Below, piece by piece: positions 1 through 11,171 of a stretch of 25,455 nt of DNA. Under the pieces are notes generated by a model, which was given only the letters and a program-made list of their open reading frames with translations, did not search any database and had not been told where the DNA came from. Positions within the stretch are counted from its first letter, which is position 1; each line of letters starts with the position of its first letter. The translations under genes and the position numbers were made by a program. Source of the stretch: Cystobasidiomycetes sp. EMM_F5 (taxonomy: Eukaryota); the NCBI GenBank assembly GCA_051047955.1, contig JBPGPT010000022.1, positions 248,001-273,455 on the forward strand, written 5' to 3'.

Positions 1-1028
1 TGTAGCAATACACTCAGGAGGAAGATAGGCAATAGCAGTGTATGTAACACGCTCATATGGAATAATGTGAGGGCGGCGCTGGTAGGGACGACCGTGTTGG
101 CAGACGATACAGAAGTAGCGTTATTATTGCTGCTACTAATGATGGTCGTTGTGTTCTTTGCCTGCCCCGCCAGGACCCAGTCGATGCCGCCCTTGATGTG
201 CGATTGAAAGGTTGCGTTTCGCCAAGTATCGTTAGTATGGCCAAGAGAAGTATACCTGGAAGATGAGAGACTACGCATTCAGCATACGTGTATGTGAGCA
301 AGCCATTTTAACTCACCACATTCTGCCAGGCATGCGGAAGGAACCCGTCTGAACGACTGTCCCGTTTGTCGAATTCATTCCATTCGTGCCTGTTCCGTTG
401 CCCAAGTCGACTCCGCCCTCTCTGTACCAGCAGATGGGGTGTGGTGTGCCCTGTCGTCTGCTTGCACTGTCCATGTTTCCATCGTCGTATGAATTAGGTT
501 CAACAGACAGCAGTAGCGAGATGTTTGTTGATCGCGGATCTTGTCGGAAGTTGTAGACTTCTTCGACAAATGTCCATCGTTGCGGTAAGTGACTCGTGGA
601 TGAGTGGCTTGAGTTTACCACAGTGAATGTCGCTTCTTGGATTGTCGGGTGATAGTCGAAATACGCCCCGAAAGCAGTTCCGAAAAAGGGAGTCGAGAAT
701 AGAGCAGCTGTTGCGGCATGTATCCCTACGAGACCACCTCCTGAGGTGAGATAGTTTTCGAGGTTCACCTTCTGCGCCGCCGTACTGTTTGCTTTGTAAG
801 TCGCGTACTCTCGGCATTTAGGCCAAAACGACAGCCTCACTCGAGAATCTCGTCGCTGTTGGAGAGGAAGACCAACGCGTTGAAGCGAGACAGCGAGGTG
901 CTGTTGTTGAAGACGGCCGGGTCCTCTGAAAAGGTCGCGTTGTAGCCAAACGAGCGAATCACCGTAGTTGCTGCCGGGATACTGTCATGCCTGTAACCAG
1001 CTGTCCGCGAATAGACGAGAATGGACAT
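1..1028 (-). CDS. ThuA-like (class I glutamine amidotransferase-like fold) protein, 3' end runs off the window; Ser/Thr/Asn-rich linker and hydrophobic C-terminal tail
   Basis: Exons 1028-841, 784-317 and 255-<1 joined by GT-AG introns 840-785 and 316-256. The joined frame reads ILVYSRTAGYRHDSIP...LVFLSNSDEILD...GGGLVGIHAA...GAYFDYHP...EEVYNF...HPICWYRE...GRMWYTSLGH...FQSHIKGGIDWVL, the typical ThuA motif series. Confidence 0.88.
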
Positions 1029-1521
1029 GGTTTGGCTCTAATTGCGCACCGTAGTGTCTGTGCTCAGATTGTGCTGGTCATCGTATAAACATGTACTGAG
1101 TCGGGCTGAGCGAGATCGCCGGTGTATATTTTATTCGCGACGGCATTGACAGAATCGGAATCCGATACGTATGTCTCGAAGTGTCCCGCACCACATACAT
1201 ACATGCCTGCACATCGTCCCAGTCATGTTCCGACTCGATTCCGGTTAGCTGAATGGCCTTACGTATGGCTTGAATCCAAGAAGTTCCGAGTTCCGACTTC
1301 CGAGCGGCAACAATCAGCTTTTGAAAGTCTGTTGTAGAATATCGGCTGCAGGTTGTCGTTGTTTTCTCTTGCCAATCTGTGAACTGCTCCTGCCGTATCC
1401 TGCCTCCTGCGAAGCCTTCATCTTTGCTCGTTCGCGTGGGCAAACACTGCGTCACCCTCTCCACTCGTCCCAGTCGGATCCCGAAACCACCTCGAGCCGG
1501 TCAACGGCCTGTCAGCCCACC

Positions 1522-3489
1522 ATGAACGGCACCTCGTCAACGTCTGCACCATTGCGGATAGCTATTGTCGGTGGTGGTGAGCTTAAGTCATCTCGTTGGA
1601 GCGATGTCAGGGCTCCAAGATTCATTGATTGCTCTTCCAAGGGATTGCCGGTCTGACTCTGGCAAGCGGAATCGTACAAGAAATCAATAGAGGTGCAAAT
1701 CTCCAACTGGATGTATACGAGCAAGCGGTAAGTAAGCTAGAAGTCTGATTCTAGCACGTCTCTCACACCGTCTTCCAGGTCAAGTTTGCAGAGATTGGTG
1801 CCGGAGTATCTCTCGGACCGAATTGTAGGTCAAAACGCACCCATGTCTGAGAATCGATCTACTCATCCTCAACTACTTCCTTTCTATGTCTCCAGCTCAA
1901 CGCGCTCTCGCTGTACGGGAAATTCCCTGTTCGCAACGTTTATCGTACTAATCAGAGAACCCGCTTCCCCCTCCATCTTCAGGAAGTCGGCCTAGGGCAT
2001 GCACTCACATCGCTCAATCAATGCCCAGCCGAGACGTACAATCTCTGGTTCCAATTTCGCTTCGCGGAGACGTCACATCCAGAATGCGGAAAGCACTTTA
2101 CAAGCATAACAGGCGATGGAGCGGGGCAAGGGCACGTACACAGGTAAGAGACCATTACTGCAGCTCAGAGCGGCACAGTACGCTAAGTACAGGTTGTATA
2201 CAGGGCGGACCTTCTTGACAAGATGATTGCTGCTGTTCCCGTCAAGTACTGTCACTTCAATAAGCGATTGATAGACTGTAGGATCATGAATTATCTTGAT
2301 CTTCGCTCCATCGCTGATCTATGTTTGCTCTCTGCGCAGATGAGACTACCGAGTCGCACGCGACTTTGAAGTTTGCGGACGGCACGGAGGCGGAAGCGGA
2401 TCTCATCGTAGCCTGTGATGGCGTGAAATCACCGCTGCGGAAAGCCATGTACCGCAAGATGGGCATTGATATGAAGCTCCAGCAAGAGAAGTACGCAGAA
2501 TGGATAGCATGGAGGGGTCCGTCAAATTATGGAGATTTTGTCAACTGCTAGCTGATGCTTCTACGACAAACAGGCTTGATCCCAGCAAGCACATATCAGC
2601 AGAACACTAATATGGATCCTCAATATGGGACAATGTGGCTTGGTGTGGATAGACATATTCTGGTGATCTTTCCCCTGCATCAAAAACCTTTTCTGCCAGC
2701 TGATACTGCTTCTCGCCAGACTTTTCCAGTCCGGAAAGGCGAGTTTGTTAACCTCGTTGGCTTCGTGCGCGAGTAGGTCACGGTAATACATCGCGAGAGG
2801 TGCAGCAGCTGAGTGAATGAGCAGCCCGGAACACAAGAAAATAAATGGTCAAACGGCACCGTGGGCTGAAGACAGACCGAAAGAAGAAATGCTGGAAGAC
2901 TTCAAGGGATTCAACTCGGCCTGTATTGGTCTGATAGAGGCTATTCCTAGAACATCTGTCTGGGGTATCTTGTATGTCAAACATGCTTACTTAACCCGTG
3001 CGTATGCTTACAGGATAAAATGCAGCGACTTGCCGCCGTTACCGACGTCAATCGGGGATCGCATTGTTCTTACTGGTGACGCCGCGCACGGCACAACGCC
3101 TCATCAGGGTGCCGGTGCAGGTCAAGCTACAGAGGACGGCTTGTTTCTTTCTCGTCTACTCGCGCACCCTAACATCAGCAAAAACCCTTCGCCAGCCAAA
3201 TTGAAAGCAGCCTTGGAAATCTATCAGAAGATGAGGCATGATCGCGCCGCCAAGGTGCAGACGACAAGTGCGCAAGCTGGCTTGTTATACGAAGGCCGGG
3301 GCATCCACGGAGAGCAACAAGATACAGCTAGCGTCAAAGCGGACCTGGACCAAAGGATGAAGTGAGCGTACTCTGGTCTGCCCTTTGCACAAACCCATTT
3401 TGACCTGCTCCTATAGATGGATATGGGATTATGATACCCAAGGCGGCCTGCAAGAAATGCACAAGTTAGCGGATGCAATTCGGGTATAA
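1522..3489 (+). CDS. FAD-dependent monooxygenase, salicylate hydroxylase-like (group A flavoprotein monooxygenase), multi-exon
   Basis: The spliced frame gives RIAIVGGGIAGL (FAD Rossmann), FAEIGAGVSLGPN, VHRADLL, ADLIVACDGVKS (DG motif), GDAAHGTTPHQGAGAGQATED (GD motif) and C-terminal KWIWDYD. Stop TAA at 3487-3489. Introns are canonical, e.g. 1577-1641 and 1728-1778. Confidence 0.92.
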
Positions 3490-4010
3490 ACAAGATCATA
3501 CTATTCAATTATTATTGTGAGCTTACGGGTTGCGCAGTAAGCTTCGCTAGTTCTTGCTGTACAACATACGTCTCATCGCTGTAGATACGCAACGAAAGTG
3601 CAGTGGCGACCAAGCTCTTAGTAATCTCAGAACAGCCGGGAAAATGGCTCGGACCCACTCATTGGTCGCTGTTCGACGCAGCATATTGTTTACAGTGGAT
3701 CCGAACTGAACTGGAGGAGACTTTGCCTGCAATACGGAGGTAGCGTAAGCCGGATCGCATTTGGCGAGATAGAATGACAAGTCGAGCACAACTTTAGCCC
3801 AGCCAGCATACCCGCTGCAGTTAACCCTCAGCCAATGCATGGAGGCTGGAGGAGAGGATGCAGCGGCACAAAAGCGACGAATCGGTGGAACTTATGGATT
3901 GTGATACCAACCACGCGTCGATATTGGTACGTAAAGTTCAGCAGCATCTACATCTGATACTTTGACAGAATTGTTCAGGCCGCAATAGTTGCAGCTATGA
4001 ATTAGTATAG

Positions 4011-4410
4011 CTAGTACAGCTGAGCGCCTAATGCGTCTGACCGATGCACAGCTGGCCCATGGTGATGGTGATGGATGATGGTTGTTGGTGGTGGCAGAGA
4101 TGCGTTGACTGGCTGGCGACTGTTCATTTGCTGAATGACTGCCGCCTGCATAGCGGCCCCGGTCGCGCTCAAGACCAAGCCGGCACAGAGCCTATTTTGC
4201 GATAGCTTCTTAGCAGTTTCGAGCCGGCTCGGCGCTGACGATTGTATGGGTGCATTGAGTGCAGGGGCTTGCGAAGTTTGTGATTGAATTCGACGCAAGT
4301 GCGCCCGCTGGGCTTCCCGGGCGAGACTCATGGCACTTTGCGTGGTGCATACGTCACGTTAGCATTTGCTCTTCTAAAATAACCGCAACCACTCACTGCC
4401 TGCGGACCAT
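4011..4410 (-). CDS. Small hypothetical protein (about 112 aa) with a His5 tract, two exons
   Basis: ATG at 4410 starts MVRRH. Intron 4396-4336 (GTGAGT donor, GCTAAC branch, AAG acceptor) joins it in frame to the 106-aa ORF 4331-4011. Confidence 0.6.
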
Positions 4411-5391
4411 ACTGTTGTTGTTATGCTTGGATGGTTTGTTGTACTACCGCAGTAAGCGAGAGTGGTTTAGAGTAGGCGTGATGGGAGAGAGTCAGAACGC
4501 AAACTCGAGCGGATTGACAACACTCCTGATCAGCATAGCCAGTCAGCATAGCCTTGTACGCGACCAATGCGGTGACGCAAGACTTTGCGCGTGCGTGACG
4601 AGCTAAGCAGTCACGTCGCGCTGAAGTGAGATGGGTGCTGCCGTACTCGTCGATTTGGAGCGTGTTGCGCTCGACCACTTCACTATGCTCGTGCAATCAG
4701 CATTCAAGCGTTTCAACAGGGCGCGGATCTCGCTCCATCGGGGCACGGATCTCGCCCGGACACGGAGAGAAAGTATCTTGCTTTTCACAAGGAGCGAAAA
4801 CAAGTCATATTCTTTGCGTAAATCACTTTCCTATGCCGTTCAGACAGGCTCTGGTCCTCCTACGGAATTAGCGGGTTGAAATACGACTTTGACACCACCA
4901 GGCATTGTTGTGTGAAGTGCGTGGTTCAAAGAGATTTCCAGCGTAAGAAGCGCACATGGTTACCAGGTCGCGGTGTTGCCGAAGATAATTATTCAATCAA
5001 AGGTGCACCCGGAAGACACGACCGTGACAGAGCTCGCCTGTCAGAATTACTCGACATCGCTAGAATTATCCTGCAATACGGCAGCCTTAGTACTGTTGAG
5101 ATCGCTTTGCGTTCCCTTCCCCACGCCAGTCGATGTGTCCAGATCCAGAGAGCAGAAGATTACATTGTCAACTTTCACGCTCATCGCGGTTTGCGCGAGT
5201 CATTACGAGTCCTTCGCTGTGCTGAATGCGTGTTAAAGTATCCAAGTCATCGTCTTTTGACTCGGTCTGAAAAGGCTGTGAACGACGTGGCCGACTGAAG
5301 CTCAGTTTGACGGTAGTCGCCCACTACTCCATTTCAGTCAGTCCTGCCTGCTGGGTTAGCTTTCCATCCATCACAGTCAGCTGCGGGCACC

Positions 5392-8300
5392 ATGAGCTCG
5401 TCGCGGTTTATGCTGGCCTCTGCGGCTGGGGTTGCTGTCTTCAGCGTTCTGGCAGCAATACAGCTGGCCGTGTCGCCCATCAGCTCTGCCAATGTGCTCC
5501 ACGCTGTCCGCAGAAACCACGCTCCACTGCTCTTCACTGGTCTGGCAGCCGTATCGACGGCATGGACTGCCCATCTAGCAGCCTCCTCATCGTCATCGTC
5601 CGCCAAAGCGCACCCAGAGTCTGCCTCGTCAAGCGATGATGGGTCCCAGTCTGGCGAGGACGAAGCCAAAGCTGATGAGAGTGACGGCAAGGATACTGAC
5701 AAGGCTACTGACGCTGACAAGGACAAACGCTGGCTGAAGAGTGTGTCATGTCGCATTGACCTCAGGCGAGTCGCGCATATTGACGTATTGCCCTGAACCC
5801 CGCAGAGGACGAGATATGGTCTGAGGAGCAAGAAGATTGGGTGGAGCGCAAGCACAAACCCGAGGAAAAGGCAGACGATGCAGCAAAGAAAGCGCAATAC
5901 CTGTTTACCGTCAAGCACCGCGTCATGCCAAAGCAACCAAACAGCGAAGGCTACCACATTGTGCAGTTTACAAACAGTCAACATATCGTAGAAGTGCTTC
6001 GAAGTATCATCAAGGACTCTGAGGATCTGTTTGACGACAAGGCGACTCTGGATGTAAAAGAATTGTTCCTGGCCAAGACACAAATTCAAGACGCCCTAGA
6101 TGAACTGAAAGCGGAAGTCGAGCTTCGAAAGGAAGAAGATGACGATAGCAAGGATGAGAAGACAAACGAGGCAGACAGCAACGACAGGCAAGGTGATGCC
6201 AGCGAGGAGAAAACTATAAATGCAGAAGATACTACGAATCAGTCCACAGAAGAGTCCGTCGCCCTCACACCCCCGACGGTCGACCAAAATGCAGACGAAC
6301 GGCCTCAGGTCCCCCTTTCAGACGAGCCAGAATCGGTAGGAGCGGCCGCTGAAACGAGTGGGGTTGGGCGAGGGACGAAAGACGTCTCTGTTGATCCTGA
6401 AAGGAGACGCCGCCAATCTACAACAGCAACAGTCCTTGACGTTGATGCTGAGGATGAAGCTCCGAAAGTTCCAAAATTGCCGTATTCGGATTTGAAACAA
6501 AGAGCCGACCATGTGGAGGTCTTGCTGGCGTTCGTTTCAGAACACTTTGCGTCCGTGCAAGCAAAGCTGGATCGTATACTACCGAAAGGCCTCATCTCTT
6601 TCAAACTGCTCTGGACAGTCATCAAACCCGGCATGCTCGTCAAGATGACGCATAAATCGTCTGGCGAACCTACCGCATTCCAAGTAAGGAGGTGTAATGT
6701 TCGTGTTACAATGACCGGTGAACAAGTGAGTAGAGATTTTCCAGCTTCAGGCTGTTGCTGATGCCATAATCCTCTCGCGCAGTTCTACGTCTCTGGTATG
6801 TATTTGGAATGGACAGGCGAAAAATATATACGTATGTCGGCGGCGGATGCGATACCGGCTTTCACTGTAAGCTACATCGTAGTCGCATGAATCGCTTGCT
6901 GATCATGCCCAATCTGCCAGGGTTTACGCAAACTCTCGTCATTGGATTGTAGTCCGGTATCCGAGGCTGACAGGGCAGCCTTCCTTGGTGAGTACAATGA
7001 CGTCTGAGTTGTGGAGCCGTGTTGAAGTTGCCGGACCTCCTCAGAACGCGGGAAATTGTATTCAAAATATGCCGGCACGCACTATATGTACTTTACCGGC
7101 GCTCTGATTACTCCAGGCCAAAGACCTGGTACGCTACCTCCGTAACACCTGCGTACCACTTATTGGTTTCGTGGGCTGACGTGCATGATCAGGCACATAC
7201 TTGAAGAGGAGAGCGGAAGGTCGAGTTATGATAGACATGAGCGGCTACCGCAAGATGAACCCTGGCATGGACTTGTGGGAATATCCGGATTATGATGATG
7301 ATGATTCAGACTACTACTCGGATGCGCACGGATACAGCAACAACCAGAGCGGATCTGCCGCCAGGGATCCGATTGCGACCGACCTCGTAGCATTGACGGA
7401 AGATGCTCACTATGTCTTGACCCCGCCAACTGTCTACGGTTTCTCCATGTTCCTGAGCGAATGGGGCGAAATGCTAGTCGATAGCTTTAGCGAGATCAAG
7501 TTTGACACGCACGCATACGACCATCTCGAGCTGGATGCCGATCATAAATCCCTCATCAAAGCCTTGGTCGACGCTAGTCGAAGTGATGGCAGTCGAAGTC
7601 GGGAGCTCATCAGTGATGTCGTGCAAGGCAAGGGTGGCGGTATTATCGCGGTACTGCACGGTAATCCAGGCGTCGGCAAGACTTTGACGGCCGAGGCCGT
7701 TGCAGAGCTGCTCCAAAGGCCGCTCTATGTGCAAGGCGCTGGTGACCTCGGCGTGGACGCGCACACGCTTGAGCACAGGTTGCGAGATGTGCTTGAGATT
7801 GCTCGGGTCTGGCAGGCGGTGGTTCTCATCGATGAAGGTGCGTCACTTCGCTGTTTTGCACTAGGTCAAGCTGATGTCTTGTGTATGCAGCCGATATTTT
7901 CTTAGAAGCACGGTCACATCATGAAGTTAGCAGAAACGCAATGGTCGGAGTCTTCTTGAGGACGCTCGAATATCAGCAAGGCATTCTCTTCCTCACCACT
8001 AATCGGGTCAAATCGTTTGATGAGGCCTTTCTTTCGGTGAGGTTGTCCGGCTGGTGTCGATGAACCGGGAGGCTAATCCTTTCCTCCAGCGTTTCAGCGT
8101 GGCGATCCGTTATCCGGATCTCGACCAGGCTCGACGGCGCAAAGTGTGGACGAAGTTCCTCATAATGGCTGGCTGCGATGTCGAGGGTGCTTCTCCACTT
8201 CCGGAAACCAACGGGGACCCTAAGCCAAATGGAGCGGGAACGCCAAAGTCTCTCATCACCAAGAAAGAACTCAATGCATTTGCTAACGAGTCCCTGAACG

Positions 8301-8545
8301 GTCGTGTAGTCAAGCAGGTGTGTTGACTTCAACTGGCACTGTTTGTACTGAAATTGACTTTCGCATTTTAGACGGTACGAACAGCGCAAGCGTTGGCTAT
8401 ATCAAAAGATGAGCCTTTGCGAGCTTCACATGTCGAGCAGATACTCAGGATCAACAAGAGATTCCAAGAAGATTTCGAAGCTGCTGCACCAGACTATCAA
8501 GCAGCAGGCGAGGGATGGCAGTCAAGATCCAGTCTGTATAGGTAG
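5392..8545 (+). CDS. Fungal AAA+ ATPase (type with a large N-terminal domain, DUF7025-like), multi-exon
   Basis: Walker A LHGNPGVGKTLTAEAVAE, Walker B VVLIDEADIFLEAR, RNAMVGVFLRTLEYQQGILFLTTNR, FDEAFLSRF, lid LNGRVVKQTVRTAQALA. Upstream family motifs FKLLWTVIKPG, ERGKLY and GRVMID. Stop TAG at 8543-8545. All joins are GT-AG. Confidence 0.92.
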
Positions 8546-9161
8546 TTGCAGTTGCAATCAGTCACTTATTAGCATTAGTGTCGTGCGGATGTTGGCAGTA
8601 GCTTCACGAGGGTGTTGTGGATATTATTCGTTGAATGACTTTCTGATCTCGAGGGTGAAAGACTGTTAAAATGGTCAAAAGGATCGATGTAAACGTTGAG
8701 GCACACTGAATCATCATGCGAGCAAATATACCGAGCGTGTGTAGCATGTGTCTCACAAGCTATTGCATCTTTGCGATGGATGTGCCATTCGATTGCGGAG
8801 ACGTTGAAACCTTTTTTCAAAAATGCGTACCCTTTTGACAACTCAGGTTATTCACAGTGGAATATGTATGGTTCAGAAGCTATGTTAGCCAAAAAAAAAT
8901 GGTCAGTTTTCCTTTTTGCCGAATTTATTGCAGTCTCCGCTTTTTCCTCAAATGCAAAGGGCACCCAGGAGACGGAATCTTGGAGACTTTTGGGCATTAT
9001 GCACCTCATATAATACCATACGATTGCTCTTGTTGTTGTAGCCAATATTCTGAACGAAAGGCGGATTCTGCAGGATATTTTCTTCAAAAACTGTCAAATT
9101 CGTAATTTTGTATGGAAGCTATATGTATGTATATTTTTGTCTATCTCCTATAGCACTAAAT

Positions 9162-9258
9162 GGTTCATTAACTCAGTTGGTAGAGTGTTGTCTTAACACA
9201 GGAGAGATCCGGTGCTTTAGAACGGCAAATGTCGAGCGTTCGATCCGCCCATGAATCA
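9162..9258 (+). tRNA. trnV-AAC: tRNA-Val(AAC) with a 24-nt intron (9199-9222)
   Basis: Acceptor stem GGTTCAT/ATGAATC with discriminator A; D arm ACTC-AGTTGGTA-GAGT; anticodon stem TTGTC/GGCAA with loop TT-AAC-A[intron]C; T arm GAGCG-TTCGATC-CGCCC (one mismatch); downstream T6 run. Confidence 0.85.
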
Positions 9259-9267
9259 GCATCCCGC

Positions 9268-9273
9268 TTTTTT
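9268..9273 (+). terminator. RNA polymerase III terminator (T6) of the tRNA gene
   Basis: TTTTTT starting 10 nt after the tRNA 3' end. Confidence 0.7.
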
Positions 9274-9362
9274 CGTTGCGCGAGACAACGGTCTGTGCTG
9301 CAGAACTTTCTGTCTTTTTGCCTCGATCCACTTACAACTAGCTATCCTAGAGGTAAACAACT

Positions 9363-10930
9363 ATGTCCACGATCGCTGGCCTCCCTACATCCGGCGCGAC
9401 TATGCGCGCAGCCGTCTACTACGACAAGCAAGATATCCGGATAGAGGATGTGCCGAAACCCGTACCCAAGGACGATGAGGTTTTAATCAAAGTGAGACGC
9501 TATTTACTACTTATTCAAGCTTCTTTGACCAAAAACAGGTTGCTTTCAGTATGCAATCTTAAGTCTAGCAGCTGGCGGTCTAACTAATAAATTCGCTACC
9601 GCTCTACAGACGGCATTTGTGGAACAGATTTACATGAAGTATGACGTTTCCATCTTCCTCTCTTCACTTTGCTTATTACTTTCTCAGTGGCACGACGGGG
9701 CCAATTTTCATCCAAAACCTGGCCATCCCCACCCAACATCCGGACTGACTCTGCCCCTCGTTATTGGCCATGAATTTGCTGGTACGATAGTAGAGACGGG
9801 TTCCAAGGTCAAAGAGTTCAAAATAGGCCAAAAAGTCCGCGTTTTCCATTGCCTGCATACATCTGCTAATCACAAAAATCCAGGTCTGCGTGGAACCCAC
9901 GTTCGGCTGCCGCAAATGCCAACTTTGTTCTGACGGACATCGAAACGTATGCGATGGTATGGGATTCATCGGTCTTTCTGGTCCACCGGGAGGTCTTGGC
10001 CAGTTTACGGTCGCTCGGAAGGAGAATTTTCATTTACTGCCGGACGACATGCCATTGGATGTGGGAGCGCTCGTTGAGCCGTTAGGTATGTCCAGGACTC
10101 CCCATTTGTACTAGTCTGAGTAACGTGCTACAGCTGTTGCATGGCATGCTACTCAACTTGCAAAGATACGACCCGGGCAGACTTGCTTGGTTGTGTGAGC
10201 TACAGAGCTTGTATAGTGAATTCACCTGACTTCATCTGACAGAGGTGCCGGACCAATTGGAACTCTGACTATACGAGTGTTGAAAGCTCGAGGTGTTGGG
10301 TACGTGCATTTGTCGTGGATTTAGACAAATCTAATTTGAGGGGAAGCCTCGTCATTTGTGCCGAACCCGCCAAGCGTCGCCAGGAGCTAGCTCTTTCCAG
10401 CGGTGCAGATTACGTCCTAGATCCGAGTTCGGAGGACGTTCCGCAGCGATGCAAGGATTTGACAAACGGTCAAGGCGTGGATGTTGCATTTGATGCTGCT
10501 GGGCTAGCAAACGGAGCGACATTGAACATGGCCATCAAAGCTACCAAACCGTTTGGTCAGATTACAAATATTGCTATCCACGCTGCACCTGTTCCTGTCG
10601 ACATGCATGCTTTCTACATGGGGGAAAGATCAATGAACGGCATTATTGGTAAGTTTGACAATTTGAAAGTGGTGAATAGGTAGACTTTCTGACCTTTCCG
10701 CACAGGATCGACTCCTCAAGATTGGAGAGACGTTATTCAAGCTATCTCAGATGGCAGGATCAAGACGGACAACCTCATCACTGCGAAGATACCCCTCGAC
10801 GATCTAGTCGAAGGTGGCTTCAAAGAGCTGATCAACGTATGTTGAATGACCAGTCATTCTCTGCCAATATCCATGCTAACACTTCCCGCAGAACAAAGAA
10901 ACTCACGTAAAGATCATGGTGGAGCACTGA
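9363..10930 (+). CDS. Zinc-dependent medium-chain dehydrogenase, (2R,3R)-2,3-butanediol/sorbitol dehydrogenase-like, multi-exon
   Basis: Spliced: MRAAVYYDKQDIRIEDVP...VAFNGICGTDLHE, VIGHEFAG, structural-Zn CRKCQLC...VC, GALVEPLAVAWHA, VVGAGPIG, GVDVAFDAAG, C-terminal GFKELINNKETHVKIMVEH. Stop TGA at 10928-10930. The start could instead be the ATG at 9402. Confidence 0.92.
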
Positions 10931-11171
10931 CTGTTAATCCAACGATAATAATGGGTTGCGCAAAGCTTTTAGGGTCGGAAGCCACGGAAATTGACTGGAA
11001 ACATAATACTTCAGATGTAGCTATTAGACATGTGCGGTTCTGAGCATTCCTATCTCTTCATTTCTTCAGGTCTCTGAAGACCCTTCGGCGGCCGATCGAG
11101 CGGGGCGGGCGGTCATAATTGAAACCGTTACCTGCTCGTCCTTTAGCAACATACCTGATCTTGAGGCGAAG

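Noticed and set aside
3822..3828. TAACCCT, resembling a telomerase RNA template or telomeric seed (another copy near 17301)
   Set aside because: Only 7 nt and compatible with chance. The second copy lies inside an RRB1 intron.
3547..4010. 97-aa minus-strand ORF and an intron-like GTACGT...CTGAT...GACAG (3927-3968) on the plus strand
   Set aside because: No recognisable motifs. Splicing gives only very short frames, so it cannot be supported as a gene.
4600..5390. Several 66-140 aa ORFs upstream of the AAA+ gene
   Set aside because: Several have non-ATG starts, there are no family motifs, and no coherent splice pattern. Treated as intergenic.
5334..6643. Long antisense ORFs (251 aa, 112 aa) opposite the AAA+ gene; similar shadows over Boi, SNRNP40, RRB1 and the last ORF
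   Set aside because: These are explained as stop-poor antisense or alternate frames of real coding sequence.
9103..9140. Sm-site-like AATTTTG / ATTTTTG suggesting an snRNA
   Set aside because: No U1, U2, U4, U5 or U6 signature sequences are nearby, and such motifs are expected in AT-rich DNA.
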